NCBI GenBank assembly: GCA_040289575.1
Contig: PSLL01000008.1
Coordinates: 22,887 to 42,469, forward strand
From: Candidatus Dadabacteria bacterium
GTDB lineage: Bacteria; Desulfobacterota_D; UBA1144; Nemesobacterales; CSP1-2
Length of the DNA: 19,583 nt
Reading direction: 5' to 3'
Made by a program: the position numbers and the translations under genes. Positions 9,192 through 17,817 of the stretch are shown here, one piece after another (within the stretch, counting starts at the first letter, position 1; each line of letters starts with the position of its first letter). The notes below the pieces were generated by a model, which made no database searches, was not told the origin of the DNA, and worked only from the letters and a program-made list of their open reading frames with translations.

Positions 9192-10768
9192 TGGCTAAAG
9201 GGCATAGGGTCTGTTTCATTAATCCCGCTTTTCCAGAATCGCTTTGGAGCTTTCATGGTATCACTTCACTCATAGGAAAAAAAGGGGCTTTTGCACCGCT
9301 GGGGATTGCGACCATAGCCGCCTGCACCCCCCCTGATTTCGAGATCGAGATCTACGATGAAGAGATTGAATCCATCAATTTTGATACAGATGCCGACATT
9401 ATTGCCCTTACTGCTTTTAATGTCCAAGCAGTAAGGGCTTTTGAGATTGCAAGAGGGTTTAAGAAGCGCGGGAAGTTGGTCTGTATGGGCGGGCCATACG
9501 CGAGTCTCTGCCCTGAAAAATGTAAACCGCACGTGGATGTTCTATTTGAAGGGGAAGGAGAGCTTATATGGGGTGAGTTTTTAGCCGATTATAAAGCGGG
9601 GAATCATAAAAGCTACTACAAGCAGAGGAAGAAGATTTCAATGTCCTCTTCTCCTTTGCCGAGATTTGATCTGTTAAAGGTGGGAGATTATTTTGAGTTC
9701 CCAGTTCAAACAAGCCGAGGATGCCCGTTTACATGTGAGTTCTGCGATATTATCGTCACGGATGGAAGGGTCCCAAGAGCTAAGTCGGTTGATCAGGTTT
9801 TGGTGGAGATAGATAAGCTCTATGAGCTTGGCGTCGGCTCGGTTGTATTTACAGATGCCAACTTTATAGGTAACCCGAAATATACAAAGCTGTTGCTTGA
9901 GGCGCTTGTAAGATTTGGTAAAGAACGCGGTTTCCCAATTAGCTTTGCATGTGAGGCGACGATAAATTTGGCGACAAATGAAAAAGAAGAGATTCTAGGC
10001 TTAATGCAGGAGGCGAACTTCGACCGCGTGTTTGTGGGTGTAGAGTCTCCTAGAAGATCCAGCCTCATAGAGACAAAGAAGCTTGTAAACACGCGCGGGT
10101 CTTTGGTGGACAATATTAGAAAGATTCAGTCTTATGGTATGTACGTTGCTGCGGGTATGATTGTGGGTTTCGACAGCGATGATAAGGGGATATTTCAGGA
10201 GCAGTTTGATTTCTTAACGGAGGCAGGAATACCGTTTACTACCGTAGGCACATTAGTCGCTTTGGAAAATACGCCTCTTTATGAAAGGCTGAAGAGAGAA
10301 GGGCGTCTAGTTGATGATTATACATACGAGAACTTTCGGGGTCATGGAACAAGTGATACGAATTTCATTCCCAAACAGATGACTCTTGAGGAACTCCAGC
10401 GTGGATACAACTGGCTTATCCGCGCTCTTTATGCGTACGATAGCTACTCCAAACGACTTTTGACATGGATAGACAACTTTTCTAAAAACGGAGATGGACA
10501 CAAGCGCATACAGAGTAGGCCCTTTCCAAATAGATTCTTGAGAATAATAAAAAACGTGCTTTGGTATTATCTAATTACCAGAGACAAAAAGCGGCGGCAA
10601 TTTTTTATATCAACTATACTTAAGGCACTTAAGGGCGGATTAAATCCTCAGAGGTTAGAAGGTGCTTTGCATCTCATTGTTCTACACAAACACTTTCATG
10701 GGTATGTTGCGAAAGCCCACGGAGACCCGGAGTCAGCGGGTCATCTCTCTCCGTATTCGTCTAATTAG
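9191..10768 (+). CDS. Cobalamin-binding radical SAM protein (class B; HpnP-like architecture with DUF4070-like C-terminus)
   Basis: N-terminal INP.FPESLWSF...PLGIATIAA and the B12-binding-type MGGPYASLCPE...GEGE. SRGCPFTCEFCDI gives CxxxCxxC. Also DANFIGN, VFVGVES and GMIVGFDSD. Confidence 0.92.
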   Translation: MAKGHRVCFINPAFPESLWSFHGITSLIGKKGAFAPLGIATIAACTPPDFEIEIYDEEIESINFDTDADIIALTAFNVQAVRAFEIARGFKKRGKLVCMGGPYASLCPEKCKPHVDVLFEGEGELIWGEFLADYKAGNHKSYYKQRKKISMSSSPLPRFDLLKVGDYFEFPVQTSRGCPFTCEFCDIIVTDGRVPRAKSVDQVLVEIDKLYELGVGSVVFTDANFIGNPKYTKLLLEALVRFGKERGFPISFACEATINLATNEKEEILGLMQEANFDRVFVGVESPRRSSLIETKKLVNTRGSLVDNIRKIQSYGMYVAAGMIVGFDSDDKGIFQEQFDFLTEAGIPFTTVGTLVALENTPLYERLKREGRLVDDYTYENFRGHGTSDTNFIPKQMTLEELQRGYNWLIRALYAYDSYSKRLLTWIDNFSKNGDGHKRIQSRPFPNRFLRIIKNVLWYYLITRDKKRRQFFISTILKALKGGLNPQRLEGALHLIVLHKHFHGYVAKAHGDPESAGHLSPYSSN

Positions 10769-10855
10769 GTTTGAATCTAAGACAATCTATTCCATTGGAC
10801 AGTGCTATGGTAAATAATGACGGGGCGAGTAAGAAAGTATAAAGAGGAGAGAGGC

Positions 10856-12447
10856 ATGTACAACATATTCAATGTCCCCCACAATAGTGCTATCAGCTCT
10901 TTTGCTAGTGCCATGTCACAGGCGCTTTGTCATCTGGATAAAGACGGCAGGATGACAGCAGAGGATGTTTGTATACTCCGTCAAGCAGTTGCCAATATAC
11001 CGAATGAACTTCGGCTTAACGGTGTGATTGAGATTAACACATGCCTCGAGCCGTTTGAATCACTGCCTGTTGAGGCTCAACACGCCATTTTACGGGCTAT
11101 CATAGACGATGAGCGATGGCGTATGGCTGGCTACGAGTTGTGTAGATGGTACTTTGCTATAGCCAGAATCCTGCAAACGCTTTACCTTAGGCTGCTTCAA
11201 TACAGGCTTAACCGTATGGCGGATTTTATCCATCTACTTGCCGATGGAGCACGTAAGGGACCCAGATGGATGTTATATGCGATATATAGGCTACAGTTGG
11301 AATGGAATGGAAAGTTCTATAGACGCCCAACACTAAAAGCCGTGTTGGGTATCTCTGGAATCAAACCCTGGAACCTTGCCGTGTGCTATGCCCGGCGTAT
11401 TCCACAGGCTGTGAGGTATCGTGGATTTTGGCATGATTCGTCACTTCATAATACCATCGGTGTGGTGCTCGGCATTGATCTTATTCCTACACCTGAGGGG
11501 TGCTGGTATGTTGAAAGTAACCTTAATTGTGCTCTAAGGCCTGAGCGCACGGCGCTATACAACCTCGACCCGTTCGTATCAAATCTTCTCGATTTCGTAA
11601 AGGGGTATGGTTACCGTCATCTAGTTGTGATGGCTGGCAATTTGCAACGTGTAGACAAATTGATGACCAAACGGTATGAGGAGAGGGTGCTGTTGCTCGA
11701 GGGATCAAACTGAGTATTATAGAAGACATCTATTTACCAAAGTTACATTACACACAAAGTTTTGGTATTCCGCCATTGCATAATGACAGTACACTTGTAG
11801 TTCGCATCAAATTCTACCATACCAACCTTGATTATCTGTTTAATCACAAATGGACTAGCATCCAAGCACTTGAGACTTACAAAAAACGCTCATCCGATCT
11901 AGCATTGCTGCTGCCGGCCACTGGTCCTGAGCCTGTGTTGGGCGACATTTACCCCGACGATCCATTCCCAAATCTGGTCTATAAGCTCCCCGATTTAGAT
12001 GAGGGTAAGGGTGTGGCTTTTCTCAAGGTTAGTTCCGCTGAGCACGCCCGTACAGTTCTCAAGGAATCCTTACACCTGAATCATCGGCGGAAATTATTGT
12101 GGAATTGCTACTTAATCAAGGAACAGAAAGGGCTTTTTCAGTCATACATAAGATCACAATTATTATCCGGTCGCAGGCTGTACATTATACGAGTCCATGT
12201 GTTGATCACACCAATTGGTATTAAGTTTCTTTCCGCGCACCGCGTTGTTTCGGAACGAGCGGTGCCAGAGTATCTGCCGCTCGGTGTAGTACAAAATCCA
12301 TTACCCTATATAGTGAACTACTCAGTAGGTTCAAAGTATGAGGTTGTTCCACCTGAAGAGGAACTAGCGGTGGAGACAGCCGCGCTGGCTATTGCAAGGG
12401 GTCTTGCTTGGGCTGCTACATACGGTTTCCAAACCATGACTGTTTAG
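10856..12447 (+). pseudogene. Single gene of about 530 aa for a circularly permuted ATP-grasp ligase, split by one frameshift near 11680-11690 (genuine mutation or sequencing error)
   Basis: The ATG at 10856 has a strong RBS (GAGGAG/GAGG). The frame of ORF 11776..12447 is open from 11680 and reads on seamlessly (...RYEE/GAVARGIKLSIIEDIYLPKLHYTQSFGIPPLHNDSTLVVRIK). ATP-grasp motifs are split between the two ORFs: GIDLIP...WYVESN in the first; NHK, VYKLPDLDEGKGV, FQSYI, IIRVHVLIT and IVNYS in the second. Confidence 0.75.
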
Positions 12448-12737
12448 ATAAAGAAGACAAAATAGACAAAATCTACGGGAAGATGAACGTTATTCTCGAA
12501 GACTTGTGACTGATTTTTGATACCGGATTTAATAGATATATCTAAAAAGAGAAGCGAATTTATAACGTTCTTAGAAAAATTCACTACTCTTTATGGTTGT
12601 AAAAGATCCCTTAATAATACTTTAGAATGGCCTCAGAACTCGACTAAGGTCTAATGGATATTTTAAAAAATGAAATATAAGATACTATGTGGGGTCTATA
12701 ATTTATAAAATCCCGATTAATAATTTCCTTTATCAAA

Positions 12738-14315
12738 ATGAGTCTTATATCCAACATAAGAAAAGGTAGTAGATTACTTTTTGGTCTTAAAGATTATTTA
12801 AAAGATAATCTATCCCTTGAGGAGAGCAGGGAAATAATCAGAAGTAGAATAGAAAGCAGGGAAGAATTATTTCTAAATATTTTGAAAAAAGGGGTTTATG
12901 AGAACATAAACAGTCCCTATTTAAAACTCTTAAAACTCGCCCGGATTGAGTTTAATGATGTTAAATCTATGGTACTAAGAGTTGGTATTGAGGAGACATT
13001 AAAAAATTTAAGGGACGAGGGTGCTTATTTAACCCATCAAGAATTTAAGTGCATAAAGGGAGTAGTTCGTAATGGAAGGGAGTTTAGATTTTATGAAAAG
13101 GACTTTAATAACCCATACTTGTCTACTTATTATGAAGTAGAAAGTGGTGGCAGCAGAAGTGCAGGAACCAGAACTATGATTGACCTAGATTTCCTGCAAT
13201 CCATAGCCGCTTATGATTCTATTGCATTTAATGCCGCTGATGCAATGAGGTATCCATTGGCTCTTTGGACTCCTATACTACCCTCTAATCTTGGAATATC
13301 TTGTTTATTTAGATTTGCGAAAATCGGAAAGGTGCCGGATAGATGGTTTTCTCAGATTGGGAAAGGGTTCATAAAAACGTCCTCTGTAAATAAGCTTGGA
13401 ACTAACTGTATGGTTTATATCACTAGGTTGTTGGGGATGGATTTTCCAAAACCCGAGTATGTTGGCTTAAGGGATTCTTATAAGATAGCCGATTGGGCAG
13501 CACAGATGGTTAAAGATTTCTCAGGCTGTAGTATATATACATACGTTAGCTCTGCTGTAAGAGTCTGTAAGACGGCAAAGGAAAGAGGCTTGGAAATAAA
13601 CGGAACTAAATTCTTTGTTGGTGCGGAGCCAATTACCCCTTATAAGCGAAAGGAGATCGAGTCGGTGGGTGCCGTCTGTGTTCCGAAATATGGCTTTACA
13701 GAAGGAGGAACTATTGGATACGGTTGTTTTAATTCCTCTTCTCCCGATGACACTCACCTTTTTAAAGACTCTATAGCAGTGATTCAGCACAGAAGGAGAG
13801 TAGAATTTAGCGATACGGAGGTTAATGCGTTTTTGTTTACCTCTCTTCTGCCTTCGGCGCCCAAAATACTCCTAAACGTGGAATCAGATGACTATGGCAT
13901 CTTAGAGAAGAGGGATTGCAACTGTGATTTTCAGAAGCTGGGTTTTACGGAACATCTCCATGAAATAAGGAGCTTCGGCAAGCTAACCAGTGAGGGGATG
14001 ACCTTTGTTAATAGCGATTTAATACGGATCTTTGAGGAGATCCTTCCCCAGGAGTTTGGGGGGAGCTCTATTGATTATCAACTCGTAGAAGAAGACGGTA
14101 ATGGATTGACTCGACTAAGCATCCTCGTTAGCCCACAAATCGGTGAGGTCAACGAGAAGGACTTAGTGGAAAGGTTTTTAGCAGAGATAGATAAAAAGAA
14201 ACGAGGGATTTGTGTCGAAATGTGGTCTCAGGGAAATACGATTCAGGTAAAACGCGCGCATCCCATTCCGACGAAAAGAGGGAAAATTTTTCCCTTCTAT
14301 ATCGGTATGAAATAG
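12738..14315 (+). CDS. Divergent phenylacetate-CoA ligase/CapK-like adenylate-forming protein
   Basis: P-loop variant ESGGSRSAG, GAEPITPYKRKEIE, YGFTEGGTIGYGC, LLNVESDDYG..EKRDCNC, DYQLVEE and a C-terminal TKRGK (A10-type Lys). Confidence 0.75.
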   Translation: MSLISNIRKGSRLLFGLKDYLKDNLSLEESREIIRSRIESREELFLNILKKGVYENINSPYLKLLKLARIEFNDVKSMVLRVGIEETLKNLRDEGAYLTHQEFKCIKGVVRNGREFRFYEKDFNNPYLSTYYEVESGGSRSAGTRTMIDLDFLQSIAAYDSIAFNAADAMRYPLALWTPILPSNLGISCLFRFAKIGKVPDRWFSQIGKGFIKTSSVNKLGTNCMVYITRLLGMDFPKPEYVGLRDSYKIADWAAQMVKDFSGCSIYTYVSSAVRVCKTAKERGLEINGTKFFVGAEPITPYKRKEIESVGAVCVPKYGFTEGGTIGYGCFNSSSPDDTHLFKDSIAVIQHRRRVEFSDTEVNAFLFTSLLPSAPKILLNVESDDYGILEKRDCNCDFQKLGFTEHLHEIRSFGKLTSEGMTFVNSDLIRIFEEILPQEFGGSSIDYQLVEEDGNGLTRLSILVSPQIGEVNEKDLVERFLAEIDKKKRGICVEMWSQGNTIQVKRAHPIPTKRGKIFPFYIGMK

Positions 14316-14405
14316 ATTATATATTATGCAAAATCGATGTTGTGTATTGGTAAAGCTAGGTATAAAGATCAAGTTGATATTTAATAGACCGGTGATCTAG
14401 ATAAA

Positions 14406-15158
14406 ATGAAAAAAGCAATTGTCATTGGGTGCATGTTTGCGGCCTAGGAGTAATAAGATCATTAGGGCTAAAGGATTTTCAAATAATAGCCATGTCCTAT
14501 GACGAAACAGATTTTAGTCAAATTTCTAAACACGTTTATGAAAGGGTTAAAATTCCGCATCCATGTATAGAAGAGAAGAAGTTTATTGACTTTCTAATTA
14601 GGAATTCTTATAGGTGGAATGAGGCATTTCTCTTCAGAAAAATAAGGCAAAATCCTCCGAAATTTGGAGTGGCAAGGGTTGGAATTAGCCAAGATAGAAT
14701 TCCTCAAATAATAGAGGAGTTTACCGAAAGAATATTAAAAGAGGCCAATTTTAAGGGGATTGCTAACGCTGAGTTCAAAAAATACCCTAGGGATAACCAA
14801 TTCAAGCTGCTGGAAATTAATGTGAGGGCATTCAGATCAAACTGGCTCGCGACATATTGTGGTATAAATTTCCCGTGGATTATCTATATGGATCTGGTTG
14901 AAAAAAACAAGTAAAAATAATAGATTACAAAAAAGATGTGTACTGGATAGAGCTATATCAAGATATATTGAATTCAGTTTTTCGTCATAGTAAAGAGAAT
15001 CTGGGGTTTAGAGACTACATTAAGCCTTACATGTCGAGAGATAAAACCTTTGCCGACGTGTCTGGAGATGATCTTATGGTATTTTAAAGCGAATCATTAT
15101 CTTACCAATTAAGTATTACAGGTTTTTTAAGTCTATTATGATAAGGCAATATGAATGA
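14406..15158 (+). pseudogene. Decayed ATP-grasp carboxylate-amine ligase (D-aspartate ligase-like) with frameshifts and a large internal deletion
   Basis: The ATG at 14406 gives MKKAIVIG, which shifts near 14430 to HVCGLGVIRSLG. The N-terminal domain (...EKKFIDFLIRN..RWNEA) is joined directly to the C-terminal RKIRQNPPKFGVAR...GIANAEFK..PRDNQFKLLEINVR...GINFPWIIY. A shift at the A7 run (14901-14907) leads into QVKIIDYKKDVYWIE...YIKPY...DDLM, and a probable third shift lies near 15083. The central KP and QE.I motifs are absent. Confidence 0.85.
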
Positions 15159-15230
15159 CATATAAAGCCGATAAAGATATAATTTAGCGAACTTAGAAAG
15201 AGTAAGACAGGTTATAGGGGCCCTCTAAAG

Positions 15231-16361
15231 TTGAAGAAAAAAATATTAATGCTAAATTACGAGTTCCCCCCTATTGGCGGCGGTGCAGCCATAGCAAACT
15301 ACTATTTATTAAGAGAACTTAGAGATAGTCCTGATTTAGAAATAGATTTACTTACATCCAGTGCTAACAACAAATTCGAGGTTGAACAATTTTCTGATAA
15401 CATAAGAATATTTAAATTAGACGTTTGTAAGAGGAGTCCACATTATTGGACAATGTCCGAGATTATAAGGTGGACTTGGAAGGCTTATTGGTTTTCTAGA
15501 AAGTTAATCAATAAAAACAAATATGACTTATGCCATTGCTGGTCTGGATGGCCTCCGGGGATAATTGGCTACTTATTTAGAAGGAAGGTGCCTTATATTA
15601 TTGCCTTACGTGGTTCTGATGTCCCCGGCTATAATCCAAGGTTAAAGATTTTAGATAAACTCATTTTTGGATTTATCTCTAGAATAATCTGGAAAGATGC
15701 CAAAGTAGTTACCGCTCTAAGTAGGAATTTGAAAAAATTAGCCTGGAAAACCTCCGATAAAGTAAATATCGAGGTTATCTACAACGGTGTAGATACTGAT
15801 AAATTTAAACCTGTAATAAATAAATCCGACTTTGGTATAGATATCCTTTTCGTAGGGCGTCTAATCGGGCGAAAAGGGATAGTAAATTTATTAAAAGCCT
15901 TTAAAGAGGTGCGTGATGAATATAAAAACTGCAAATTAACCATAGTTGGAGGGGGGCCTAAAAAGAAGTATTTGGAGGACTTCTGTAGGCGGGAAAAGGT
16001 AGAGTCGAGTGTAGAATTTTTAGGGGCGGTTAAATATAAAGATATTGATAAGATATATGAAAAAGCCAGTATTTTCGTTTTGCCCTCTCTTGAAGAATCA
16101 TTGAGTAATGTGATTCAGGAAGCAATGGCCTCTGGGTTGCCGATAATAACAACGGATACTGGTGCGGCTGAATTAATGGATGAAAACGGTTTTATAGTTG
16201 AAAAAGGCAATTATAATCAGATTAAAAAAGCGATAATAGAATATATTGGTAATACTGAGTTGATGAGAAAGCATGGTATACAATCTAGAAAAATAGCTGA
16301 GAAGATGAGTTGGAGTAATACGGCTAAGGCGTACATTGAAATTTACCATTCTGTAAGATGA
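15231..16361 (+). CDS. Glycosyltransferase family 4 (GT-B fold)
   Basis: Motifs ILMLNYEFPPIGGGA, GSDVPG, VIYNGVDTDKFKP, ILFVGRLIGRKG, IVGGGP and FVLPSLEESLSNVIQEAMASGLPIITTD (Ex7E motif). Confidence 0.95.
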   Translation: MKKKILMLNYEFPPIGGGAAIANYYLLRELRDSPDLEIDLLTSSANNKFEVEQFSDNIRIFKLDVCKRSPHYWTMSEIIRWTWKAYWFSRKLINKNKYDLCHCWSGWPPGIIGYLFRRKVPYIIALRGSDVPGYNPRLKILDKLIFGFISRIIWKDAKVVTALSRNLKKLAWKTSDKVNIEVIYNGVDTDKFKPVINKSDFGIDILFVGRLIGRKGIVNLLKAFKEVRDEYKNCKLTIVGGGPKKKYLEDFCRREKVESSVEFLGAVKYKDIDKIYEKASIFVLPSLEESLSNVIQEAMASGLPIITTDTGAAELMDENGFIVEKGNYNQIKKAIIEYIGNTELMRKHGIQSRKIAEKMSWSNTAKAYIEIYHSVR

Positions 16362-16453
16362 GACTGATAAATCCATGACTGTAGCTTTCTAATAGTTGAG
16401 CAAAGATAGAATAAAAGCATTAGCGAAAGAAATCTAAAAATAGAAGAGATATA

Positions 16454-17728
16454 GTGATTAAAAACTCTCTATTCCTGGTATCAGAATTTCTTCGCCTTGA
16501 AAGGGAGCAGTGGCTTCCAGGGGACCAGATTGAGGAACTACAGTGGCAGAGATTGAAGAAGATTTTAAAGCACGCTTATGACAACACTGAATTTTACAAA
16601 AAAAAGTTCAAAGATATCGGGCTCACACCCGATGATATAAGAGAGAGAAAGGATATAGAAAAAATTCCTTTTACAACAAGAGAGGATTTGAGAAGTCCAG
16701 AGAGACTAATAGCCAAGGGGTTTGATAAGAACAAAATGTATTTTTCTATTACCTCTGGCTCTACTGGTAGAAGAACAACCGCCTATTTTGATAGAAAATC
16801 TTGGTTAATAGGAAAATTTTTACTAAAGCTTAGGGCGCGGATTGCATGTGGCTTAAAGCCTTCAGACAGAATAGCCGTTTTCAGTGAGGGAAAGGTACAT
16901 AATAGTTTCTTCAACGAGTTTTTCTTAAGGCAGAGGTTTTTTCCTATCTCGGATCCAATCGAAGAGCATCTTTCGGAAATAGAAAGATATAATCCGTCAG
17001 CAATGTATGGTTTCCCGTCTTATTTCTCACTCCTTGCTGATATGAAAACAGATAAAATAAACCCTTATCGTATTTTTACTTCCTCAGAGATGCTAGACCT
17101 AAAAACGAGGGAAAAAATTGGAGGCTCTTTTAAAACCGAATTGTTCGATACATACGGTTGCACCGAGGTAAAAGAAATTGCGTGGGAGTGCCAAGAGCAT
17201 AATGGGTATCACATAAACGATGACTGGTTACTGGTTGAGTTTATAAAGGATGAGAAAGCTGTTATAGAAGAGGAGGGTTCGATTATTGTTACATCGCTTT
17301 ATAATTATGGGATGCCTCTTATAAGATACGAATTGGGTGATACAGGGAAATTGCTCGAAGGAAGATGTCGCTGTGGCAGAGGGTTGCCCCTTATGGCCCC
17401 AGCCCTAGGGAGGAGCGTTGACTACTTTATCCTGCCGGACAATTCAATGATTTCACCTTATGCTATGACCTGTGCCATAGAGAATGTCGAGGGGATGAAA
17501 CAATATCAAATTATTCAAGAAGAAAAAAGCCTTGTGATAGTAAATATCATTCCAAACAACCAGTTTAGTGAGGAAAGCAAACAAAGTATTAAATCCGCTT
17601 TGGAACAGGTTCTCCCCAGTACAGCAGTTCATATAAACCTAGTTGAAGAAATTAAAAGAGAAAAAAACAGAAAGTATAGAATAGTTATTTCAAAAGTACA
17701 AAATGCAAGGTCCGGTCTATTTGAGTAA
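16454..17728 (+). CDS. Phenylacetate-CoA ligase family / CapK-like adenylate-forming protein
   Basis: Motifs QWQRLKKILKHAY...FY, IPFTTREDL, P-loop TSGSTG, GFPSY, YGCTE..EIAWEC, TSLYNYGMPLIRYELGD, CRCGRGLP, GRSVD and QYQIIQ. Confidence 0.9.
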   Translation: MIKNSLFLVSEFLRLEREQWLPGDQIEELQWQRLKKILKHAYDNTEFYKKKFKDIGLTPDDIRERKDIEKIPFTTREDLRSPERLIAKGFDKNKMYFSITSGSTGRRTTAYFDRKSWLIGKFLLKLRARIACGLKPSDRIAVFSEGKVHNSFFNEFFLRQRFFPISDPIEEHLSEIERYNPSAMYGFPSYFSLLADMKTDKINPYRIFTSSEMLDLKTREKIGGSFKTELFDTYGCTEVKEIAWECQEHNGYHINDDWLLVEFIKDEKAVIEEEGSIIVTSLYNYGMPLIRYELGDTGKLLEGRCRCGRGLPLMAPALGRSVDYFILPDNSMISPYAMTCAIENVEGMKQYQIIQEEKSLVIVNIIPNNQFSEESKQSIKSALEQVLPSTAVHINLVEEIKREKNRKYRIVISKVQNARSGLFE

Positions 17729-17785
17729 ACTATTAGGTCTAGAGATTAATAAACAGCGCCCTGTTGCCAGGATGAGCGAAACTCC

Positions 17786-17809
17786 CATCGGGGTAGAAAA
17801 ACCCCGATG
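17786..17809. terminator. GC-rich stem-loop between convergent genes; probable terminator
   Basis: catcggggt (17786-17794), loop agaaaa, accccgatg (17801-17809) form a perfect 9-bp stem 8 nt after the MFS stop. No strong U-tract follows. Confidence 0.55.
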
Positions 17810-17817
17810 CAGGGGCT

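Noticed and set aside
7594..10501. Minus-strand ORFs 7594..7878, 7661..7864, 8369..8722, 9266..9532, 9820..10113 and 10307..10501
   Set aside because: They lie antisense to well-supported SRAP, TIM-barrel and radical SAM genes.
9191..10768. Naming the radical SAM gene hpnP
   Set aside because: The architecture is shared by many uncharacterised proteins and no hopanoid genes are present in the window.
11776..12447. Independent gene starting at TTG 11776
   Set aside because: There is no RBS, the frame is open a further 96 nt upstream, and it carries only half of an ATP-grasp motif set. It is better explained as the 3' part of the frameshifted gene.
12473..12737. Gene remnant in the spacer (e.g. 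IPDLIDISKKRSEFITFLEKF)
   Set aside because: It is short and startless, and its resemblance to ATP-grasp or GT4 segments is too weak to support without a search.
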